This document shows, piece by piece, positions 1 through 7,231 of a stretch of DNA of 9,525 nt. The first letter of the stretch is position 1; each line of letters starts with the position of its first letter. The position numbers were made by a program, and so were the translations under genes. The notes below the pieces were generated by a model. The model saw only the letters and a list, made by a program, of their open reading frames with translations. It searched no databases and was not told the origin of the DNA. Origin of the DNA: Octopus sinensis (lineage: Eukaryota); assembly GCF_006345805.1 (NCBI RefSeq), contig NW_021828013.1, positions 1-9,525 on the forward strand, read 5' to 3'.

Positions 1-373
1 TCTTCTTTCATTTCATTGTAGTTGGGGTGTTGTGGGGTGGGTGTAAACTTGAGTCCTTTGAAAGTATATTTTTTTGGTTTGCTGTTAGTTCCTTGTGAGT
101 TAGATTAATAATTTTTATTACTTTTGGTTCCTCCTGCTTGTTTGGTGCTATCTTGTGTCTCTGTGTTTGTGTATTGGGTCTAAAAAATGAATGCGGTGGT
201 TGGGACGGTAGCTAGTATATAGTTGTTCTTTGTTGATTAGGGGTCTCCTTTGGATTTATGGTGTGGTGTCTTTGAGCAGTATTGAGGAGAGCATCCCGAT
301 ATCCCATATTCGGGTGTGTGTTAGGAGGCCCTTCGTTGGTAATCATTGCAAGTGGTGTGGGTTTGTTGTGCAT
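1..373 (-). pseudogene. Decayed N-terminal part of a Penelope-like element (PLE) ORF, running off the window's left edge
   Basis: Manual minus-strand translation from ATG at 373: MHNKPTPLAMITNEGPPNTHPNMGYRDALLNTAQRHHTINPKETPNQQRTTIY*LPSQPPHSFFRPNTQTQRHKIAPNKQEEPKVIKIINLTHKELTANQKNILS, then a 1-nt frameshift at 57-59, then GLKFTPTPQHPNYNEMKE. One in-frame TAG at 214-212. IINL..KELT....ILS(K)GLKFTPTP matches the NLS..L....LL.KGL.F.PTP motif that precedes the RT in PLE ORFs (recalled family knowledge, no search run). Not in the ORF track. Confidence 0.8.
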
Positions 374-425
374 GGTTGTTTATATGTAATATATGAGAAA
401 AGAAGCAACAAGAATGGATTAGTTT

Positions 426-515
426 TTTTAGTACAATTGTTTCATACAAAGACAGGCTTTATAAAAGCTGCAAATATTGTAGCAAATACAAGTGTCCCGT
501 ACTCATCAGCTAAAA
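426..515 (-). ncRNA. Type I hammerhead ribozyme, PLE-type (HHR1)
   Basis: Minus strand: stem I UUUUAG (515-510)/CUAAAA (431-426); CUGAUGA (509-503); stem II GUAC-GGGACA (502-493) with UGUCUU-U-GUAU (454-444); GAAA (443-440); palindromic stem III ACAAUUGU (440-433); GUA triplet, predicted cleavage between 432 and 431. The first stem II pair is G-U instead of G-C (CpG to TpG). Confidence 0.8.
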
Positions 516-812
516 TACATATGAGTTCTCCAACAATCCTAGTGGGTGAGGCTACACTCATGAAGTATCGGAGATAAATTTTATAAAAAGGCAAATTCAG
601 GTTGTAAGCGGACTTCCAAAGTTCTTTAATGATGATGCACAGTCTTATCACAGGTTTAAAAAAGCTTATTAGCTTCACAGAGAAGATGAATCAATCCATA
701 ATGTAGGTGCAAATTTCCAGAGATATAGAGGAGATTTTTCATACTCACAGACGATGAATCTATCCATGATTATATATCCGTCAAATGTAAACAATGTAAA
801 TAATGTAAATAA

Positions 813-895
813 TACACTTGCCCAATGTTCCACACATTGGAACTAAACCCAAATCTCACATGGTTGCCGAGCAAGCTCCTTAGCCACGACTGTGT
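813..895 (-). mobile_element. Old, diverged 5' fragment of SINE family A
   Basis: atacacttgcccaatgttccacacattggaactaaacccaaatctcacatggttgccgagcaagctcctt aligns with 1302-1370 (agacacttgcccaagatgccacgcagtgggactgaacctggaaccatgtggttggttagcaagctactt). Confidence 0.65.
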
Positions 896-960
896 CTCTT
901 ACAAGCAAGCATGGTTCCCGTACGTCTCTCACATTGTGCTCAAACATTTCCGCAATGACT

Positions 961-1185
961 TACTCTTTACTCTTTTACTTGTTTCAGTCATTTGACTGTG
1001 GCCATGCTGGAGCACCGCCTTTAATCGAGCAACTCGACCCTGGAACTTATTCTTTTTTGTAAGCCCAGTACTTATTCTATTGGTCTCTTTTGCCGAACCG
1101 CTAAGTGACGGGGACATAAACACACCAGCATCGGTTGTCAAGCAATGCTAGGGGGACAAACACAGACACACAAACACAGACACGC

Positions 1186-1225
<40 letters not shown>

Positions 1226-1390
1226 TACGACGGGCTTCTTTCAGTTCCGTCTACCAAAAAATACACTCACAAGGCTTTGTCAGCCGAGGCTATAGTAGAA
1301 GACACTTGCCCAAGATGCCACGCAGTGGGACTGAACCTGGAACCATGTGGTTGGTTAGCAAGCTACTTACCACACAGCCACTCCTGCGCC
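961..1390 (-). mobile_element. tRNA-derived SINE family A, full length
   Basis: Reverse-complement paralogue of 5533-5939 and 6656-7057. It has the 5' GGCGCAGGAGTGGCTGTGTGG, a B-box-like GGTTCAGTCCC, an internal (TA)n/(TG)n and an (AGAGTAA)n-like tail. Confidence 0.92.
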
Positions 1391-1402
1391 TATATATATA
1401 TA

Positions 1403-1598
1403 TTTCTTTACTACCCACAAGGGGCTAAACACAGAGGGAACAAACGGATTAAGTCGATTACATCGATCCCAGTGCGTAACTGGTACTTAATTTATCGACC
1501 CCGAAAGGATGAAAGGCAAAGTCGACCTCGACGGAATTTGAACTCAGAACGTAACGGCAGACGAAATACCGCTGAGCATTTCGCCCGACATGCTAACG
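1403..1598 (-). mobile_element. tRNA-derived SINE family B, extreme 5' end lost at the LINE junction
   Basis: Minus strand has B-box GAGTTCAAATTCC (1545-1533), then GTCGACTTTGCCTTTCATCCTTTCGGGGTCGATAAATTAAGTACCAG and an A-rich end. A diverged paralogue lies at 3963-4069. Confidence 0.85.
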
Positions 1599-1604
1599 CT
1601 CCTG

Positions 1605-2330
1605 CTCTTATCAGTGATTCTCTCTCCAATGCCCAGTCTCTTTTACAATCTCTCGAACAAGCCTCAAATTGTGTAGGTCTTTACCTCAATGAGGCCAAAA
1701 CTGAATACATGAACAAGTGCCTGTCCAACAGTGATTGCATCATCCACACTCTCAACAATGCGCCCTTAAATATGGTTTCTGATTATAAATATCTTGGGTT
1801 ATACATATCATCATCTGGAAAAGACTTTCTAACTAGAAAGGGTATGGCCTGGTCAGCCTGTAATGACATGCATAAGATCTGGTCATCAAATCTAAGTAGA
1901 GACTTCAAACTTGAAATCTTCAAAGCCACAGTCGAACCAATTCTACTATATGGCTCAGAAACCTGGATGTTATCAAAGAAGCTTGAGAGCGGTTGGCTGG
2001 AACCTACACTCACCTCCTTACGAGAGCTCAAATTCTCGTGGAAGCGCCATCCAACCAAAGTACAAATATATGGAAAACTACCACCTGTGTCATCTCTTGT
2101 GAAAGGTAGGAGAGTCCAGTTTGCTGGACATTGTTGTAGAGCTGAAAAGAGGTAATTTCTTTCTCTCTTCTCCTCTGGAAGCCATCTACTCACAATACCA
2201 GAGGGCGCACACTCTCCTACCCTGATGTAATCTCCAGGGATACAGGCATCCAGCAACAGGACCTCCGTAATGACATGATGGACCGTGAAGTCTGGCTAGC
2301 ATGGTAAATTCCATTGTCTTGACACAGTCG
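1605..2330 (+). pseudogene. Reverse transcriptase (ORF2) C-terminal fragment of the RTE LINE, frameshifted
   Basis: ALISDSLSNAQSLLQSLEQAS...YKYLG...ILLYGSETW. Compensating -1 and -2 shifts at about 1988 and 2032 are inferred: the alternate frame reads RLAGTYTHLLTRAQI, which fits the RTE pattern. A 1-nt deletion near 2148 relative to copy 2 creates TAA at 2153-2155. The catalytic xADD motif is absent because it falls at the 5' junction. Confidence 0.85.
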
Positions 2331-3310
2331 CGATACCAGAGGGCGCACACTCTCCTACCCTGATGTAATCTCCAGGGATACAGGCATCCAGCAACAGGAC
2401 CTCCGTAATGACATGATGGACCGTGAAGTCTGGCGTAGCATGGTAAATTCCATTGTCTTGACCACAGTCGCGATACCAGAGGGCGCACACTCTCCTACCC
2501 TGATGTAATCTCCAGGGATACAGGCATCCAGCAACAGGACCTCCGTAATGACATGATGGACCGTGAAGTCTGGCGTAGCATGGTAAATTCCATTGTCTTG
2601 ACCACAGTCGCGATACCAGAGGGCGCACACTCTCCTACCCTGATGTAATCTCCAGGGATACAGGCATCCAGCAACAGGACCTCCGTAATGACATGATGGA
2701 CCGTGAAGTCTGGCGTAGCATGGCAAATTCCATTGTCTCGACTACGGTTGCGATACCAGAGGGCGCACACTCTCCTACCCTGATGTAATCTCCAGGGATA
2801 CAGGCATCCAGCAACAGGACCTCCATAATGCTATGATGGACCATGAAGTCTGGCGTAGCATGGCAAATTCCATTGTCTCGACCACGGTTGCGATACCAGA
2901 GGGCGCTCACTCTCCTACCCTGATGTAATCTCCAGGGATACAGGCATCCAGCAACAGGACCTCCGTAATGCCATGATGGACCGTGAAGTCTGGCGTAGCA
3001 TGGTAGATTTCATTGTCTCGACCACGGTCGTGATACCAGAGGGCGCTCACTCTCCTACCCTGATGTAATCTCCAGGGATACAGGCATCCAGCAACAGGAC
3101 CTCTGTAATGCCACGATGGACCGTGAAGTCTGGCGTAGCATGGTAAATTCCATTGTCTCGACCACGGTCGCGATACCAGAGGGCGCACACTCTCCTACCC
3201 TGATGTAATCTCCAGCGATACAGGCATCCAGCAACAGGACCTCCGTAATGCCATGATGGACCGTGAAGTCTGGCGTAGCATGGTAAATTCCATTGTCTTG
3301 ACCACGGTTG
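2193..3310 (+). repeat. Tandem array of 8 x 140-bp units derived from the LINE 3' end
   Basis: Units start (CGATACCAGAGGG or variant) at 2193, 2331, 2471, 2611, 2751, 2891, 3031 and 3171. Unit 1 is 138 bp. Units 2 and 3 are identical. Confidence 0.97.
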
Positions 3311-3329
3311 AACAATGATGATGATGATG

Positions 3330-3365
<36 letters not shown>

Positions 3366-3958
3366 ACCTGTATCATCTCTTGTGAAAGGTAGGAGAGTCC
3401 AGTTTGCTGGACATTGTTGTAGAGCTGAAAAAGAAGTAATTTCTATTCTTCCCCTCTGGAAGCCATCTACTCGCGATACCAGAGGGCGCACACTCTCCTA
3501 CCCTGATGTAATCTCCAGGGATACAGGCATCCAGCAACAAGACCTCCGTAATGCCATGATGGACCGTGAAGTCTGGCGTAGCATGGTAAATTCCATTGTC
3601 TTGACCACGGTCGCGATACCAGAGGGTGCACACTCTCCTACCCTGATGTAATCTCCAGGGATACAGGCATCCAGCAACAGGACCTCTGTAATGCTATGAT
3701 GGACTGTGAAGTCTGGCGCAACATCGTAAATTCCATTGTCTCGACCACGGTCGCGATACCAGAGGGCGCACACTCTCCTACCCTGATGTAATCTCCAGGG
3801 ATACAGGCATCCAGCAACAAGACCTCCGTAATGCCATGATGGACCGTGAAGTCTGGCATAGCATGGTAAATTCCATTGTCTTGACCACGGTCACGATACC
3901 AGAGGGTGCACACTCTCCTACCCTGATTGTCTCGACCCCGGTCGAACAATAATGATGA
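3366..3958 (+). mobile_element. Second 5'-truncated copy of the same RTE LINE 3' end, with its own tandem array (3474-3944)
   Basis: 3366 onward aligns to 2083 onward. It encodes KGRRVQFAGHCCRAEKEVISILPLWKPSTRDTRGRTLSYPDVISRDTGIQQQDLRNAMMDREVWRSMVNSIV. Units start at 3474, 3614, 3754 and 3894 (the last has an 89-bp internal deletion). It ends in GAACAATAATGATGA. Confidence 0.92.
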
Positions 3959-3962
3959 GTAC

Positions 3963-4069
3963 ATCATCCCTGAAACTATGAAAGCAAATCCAACATTGAC
4001 AGAATTTGAACTCAGAACTTAAAAACAGATGAAATGCTGATAAACATTTTGCTGGCGGGCTAACGATTC
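3963..4069 (-). mobile_element. Old, diverged fragment of SINE family B (5' tRNA-like part)
   Basis: ccctgaaactatgaaagcaaatccaacattgacagaatttgaactcagaacttaaaaacagatgaaatgctgataaacattttgctggcgggctaacgattc aligns with 1498-1598. Confidence 0.75.
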
Positions 4070-4452
4070 ACCCTGTAATTTAGTCAATACTGCCATTTTT
4101 TCATCGTTACGCAGATTCATTAATTAAAATCATGCATGATGTAAAGGTATTTGTCAAGCACATAAGTGGCCTGTTATATTCGGGACTGACAGACAAATAT
4201 GATTCTTTGATGCAGTGACTAAATTAATTACTGTAATTAATATCGTAATTTTATACTCTGAGATGTTAACGATCAAATAATTAGTCATCTGATATTTGTA
4301 ATGCATCAATTATAAGAATGGTGAGATGGACTTTTGTAGGGTTTTATTGTGTGTGTGTGTGTTTGTAGGTTTGTATGTGTGAACACGGTGCTTGGGCTAC
4401 GCTTGACTGTTTCCATAGTATGAAAAGGAGACACATGGCATACACACATATC

Positions 4453-4648
4453 TGTATGTATGTAGGCATGTGTGTATGTGTGTATTTGTGTATGCATTTA
4501 TGTATGTATGTGTGTATGTATGTATGTATGTGAGTGTATGTATGTGTGTGTATGTATGTGTGGTTGTGTGTGTGTATGTGTGTGTGTATGTGTGTATGTA
4601 TGTATGTATGTATGTATGTATGTATGTGTGTGTATGTGTGTATGTATG

Positions 4649-4680
<32 letters not shown>

Positions 4681-4994
4681 TGTATGTATGTATGTATGTG
4701 TGTATGTATGTATGTATGTATGTATGTGTGTATGTATGTATGTATGTATGTATGTATGTATGTGTGTATGTATGTATGTATGTATGTATGTATGTATGTG
4801 TGTATGTATGTATGTATGTATGTATGTGTGTATGTATGTATGTAGTATGTATGTTTGGTATGTTGTGTGTATGTATGTATGTATGTGTGTATGTATGTAC
4901 GTACGTATGTATGTATGTATGTATGAATGTATGTATGTATATATGTATGTATGTATGTGTGTATGTATGTATGTTTGTATATATGTATGTATGT
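4453..4994 (+). repeat. Long compound (TATG)n/(TG)n microsatellite
   Basis: Read directly; smaller (TG)n tracts lie at about 4348-4380 and 5053-5080. Confidence 0.97.
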
Positions 4995-5050
4995 TGGCTA
5001 TAATTTCTTTAAAACATCCAAAGATATAACCTCACCAAATACCATTATAC

Positions 5051-5082
<32 letters not shown>

Positions 5083-5532
5083 TCACCATTATTATTTCCA
5101 CATCCAAATTTCTACACTATACTAATCTACAGACTCTGAAAGGCATTTGTAGCAATTTTCATTTAAAAAAAAAACAGACAAACCCTTTCCCCGAAAGCTT
5201 TAAAGGAAATATATCCAACTTGTGTGTGATATCTCCGGAAACTTCTCGAAACTTCTTTTGCTCCCCTCCTTCAAAGACATTTTTTTTGTTTCCATAAGAG
5301 ACGCAGATATAATCGGAATTTAAACCCGTCTAACACATATCTGTGGAAAATGGCTGGAAAAAAAAAATTGTTTTTCGGGAAATTATCAGAAAATATAAAC
5401 ATAAAACAAACTGTACTTACAACATCATGTGATTAATAAAGTGCATTGTAGTGTGTGTATGTGTGTGTGAGAACATATATATATATATATATATATATAT
5501 TAATATATATTCTATATATATATATATATATA

Positions 5533-5939
5533 GGCGCAGGAGTGGCTGTGTGGTAAGTAGCTTGCTAACCAACCACATGGTTCCGGGTTCAGTCCCACTG
5601 CATGGCACCTTGGGCAAGTGTCTTCTGCTATAGCCCTGGGCCGACCAAAGCCTTGTGAGTGGATTTGGTAGACGGAAACTGAAAGAAGCCTGTCGTATAT
5701 ATATATGTATATATATATATATATATGTGTGTCTGTGTTTGTCCCCCTAGCATTGCTTGACAACCGATGCTGGTATGCTTACGTCCCCATCACTTAGCAG
5801 TTCGGCAAAAGAGACCGATAGAATAAGTACTGGGCTTACAAAGAATAAGTCCCGGGGTCGATTTGCTCGACTAAAGGCGGTGCTCCAGCATGGCCGCAGC
5901 CAAATGACTGGAACAAATAAAAGAGTAAAGAGTAAAGAG
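5533..5939 (+). mobile_element. tRNA-derived SINE family A, full length
   Basis: A-box-like TGGCTGTGTGG (5543-5553), B-box-like GGTTCAGTCCC (5586-5596), CORE-like GGCACCTTGGGCAAGTGTCTT, internal (TA)n, tail AAAAGAGTAAAGAGTAAAGAG; embedded in (TA)n on both sides. Confidence 0.93.
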
Positions 5940-6063
5940 TATATATATATATACACACATAGATATATATATGTTTATATATATATAGATAGATACATAT
6001 CTATCTATCGGGCTCTTTATGTATGTATGTATGTATATATCTATTTATCTATCTATCTGTCTG

Positions 6064-6155
<92 letters not shown>

Positions 6156-6163
6156 AATATATA
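5940..6163. repeat. Compound (TA)n/(TATC)n/(CT)n microsatellite
   Basis: Read directly; (CT)n at about 6066-6132. Confidence 0.93.
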
Positions 6164-6235
6164 AGTAGTTGAATGAATTATCCTAGTATTGATAATTTAA
6201 CCGATACCCGAAAAGTTTTTGTTCATCTTGATGCT

Positions 6236-6347
6236 GACATAAGTTCCTTGTTTTTCCTGATGAGAAGGCGGCATAATGCACCCCTTATTCCTTCGAAATT
6301 AGGAAAATGCAGTCTTCGAACATATGTCGAGAATAAGGAATTTTGTT
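6236..6347 (+). ncRNA. Hammerhead ribozyme-like motif (HHR2), with one A missing from the GAAA core
   Basis: Stem I of about 19 bp with 2 bulges (6236-6256/6329-6347); CUGAUGA 6257-6263; stem II GAAGGC (6264-6269)/GUCUUC (6312-6317), extended by GCAU/AUGC; G-A followed by the palindrome ACAUAUGU (6320-6327); GUC triplet, predicted cleavage after 6328. Confidence 0.7.
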
Positions 6348-6385
6348 AAATCGTCGTTCAACTCCATTCTTTCATTTATTTATTT

Positions 6386-6398
6386 ATATATATAATAT

Positions 6399-6430
<32 letters not shown>

Positions 6431-6510
6431 AATATATATATTATATATATATATATATTATATATATATATATTTAGATATATATATATATATATATATA
6501 ATATAATTAT
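6386..6510. repeat. (TA)n microsatellite, interrupted
   Basis: Read directly. Confidence 0.93.
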
Positions 6511-6655
6511 TATGTTTTGCAATTTACTTAATCATTGACATTTTATTGTTATTTTAATTTTAACATTTCTATTATATGTAATTTTCTAGATGGTGTAATT
6601 TAATTGTTCATTTTGAATTGATAAAAGATGGTTTCTTTCTAATTTTATATATATA

Positions 6656-7057
6656 GGCGCAGGAGTGGCTGTGTGGTAAGTAGCTTGCTAACCAACCACA
6701 TGGTTCCGGGTTCAGTCCCACTGCGTGGCATCTTGGGCAAGTGTCTTCTACTATAGCCCCGGACCGACCAATGCCTTGTGAGTGGATTTGGTAGATGGAA
6801 ACTGAACGAAGCCTGTCGTATATATGTATATATATATATGTGTGTGTGTGTTTGTGCCCCCAGCATTGCTTGACAACCGATGCTGGTGTGATTACGTCCC
6901 CGTCACTTAGTGGTTCGGCAAAAGAGACCGATAGAATAAGTACTGGGCTTACAAAAAAATAAGTCCCGGGGTCGAGTTGCTCGATTAAAGGCGGTGCTCC
7001 AGCATGGCCGCAGTCAAATGACTGAAACAAGTAAAAGAGTAAAAGAGTAAGAGAGAG
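6656..7057 (+). mobile_element. tRNA-derived SINE family A, full length
   Basis: Collinear with 5533-5939. 3' stem-loop CAGTCA-AA-TGACTG (7011-7024), tail GTAAAAGAGTAAAAGAGTAAGAGAG; (TA)n flanks. Confidence 0.93.
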
Positions 7058-7062
7058 TATAT

Positions 7063-7124
<62 letters not shown>

Positions 7125-7231
7125 ATATATATATATATATATAAATAGATGAGTGTATTTCACCTTGTTAACAATTAACACGGAAAAATAAATAAATAGT
7201 TACCAGGAATAAATGAATAGTATCAGTGGAA

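Larger units (their letters stand above)
1..515 (-). mobile_element. Penelope-like retroelement 5' region (hammerhead-bearing pLTR-like segment plus ORF start); upstream boundary undefined
   Basis: The PLE-like ORF begins 58 nt downstream of a hammerhead cleavage site on the same strand, the arrangement known for PLE pseudo-LTRs. Confidence 0.7.
1599..3330 (+). mobile_element. 5'-truncated RTE-type non-LTR retrotransposon (LINE), copy 1, with amplified 3' end and (TGA)n tail
   Basis: RT C-terminal motifs YKYLG, ILLYGSETW, QFAGHCCR and AMMDREVWR (the Ala is from the downstream units; unit 1 reads DMMDREVW). The native end ACC ACG GTT GAA CAA TGA TGA TGA lies at 3301-3330. Clade assignment is from recalled motifs. 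Confidence 0.88.

Noticed and set aside
230-678. ORFs 230-577 (+) and 442-678 (-)
   Set aside because: They overlap the PLE ORF antisense and the hammerhead. No recognisable domain; a KLISFFKP resemblance to a GIY-YIG C-terminus was too weak to call.
677-812. Degenerate ~70-bp duplication (GATGAATC.ATCCAT at 685 and 753) and three AATGTAAA(C/T) repeats at 784-810
   Set aside because: Short, ordinary slippage products with no further structure.
929-1428. Recurrent ORFs such as MTTDAG..., MSSNARG..., MPRSGTEPGTMW... (also 5417-6164 and 6608-7072)
   Set aside because: They are frames of SINE family A copies; the recurrence reflects the repeat, not a gene family.
2193-3944. 140-bp array as a CRISPR array or a repeat-protein gene (overlapping ORFs 2186-3967)
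   Set aside because: There are no unique spacers, the context is eukaryotic, and the unit is LINE coding sequence. A 140-bp unit shifts frame every repeat, and the minus-strand ORFs are antisense artefacts.
4306-5139. Long MYVC-type ORFs (also 7223-8009 and the IYLS-type ORF at 8173-8697)
   Set aside because: These are translations of stop-free microsatellites with no coding evidence.
5533-5600. tRNA gene at the SINE 5' ends
   Set aside because: Only A-box- and B-box-like motifs are present. No complete cloverleaf could be built, and the sequence continues into the SINE body.
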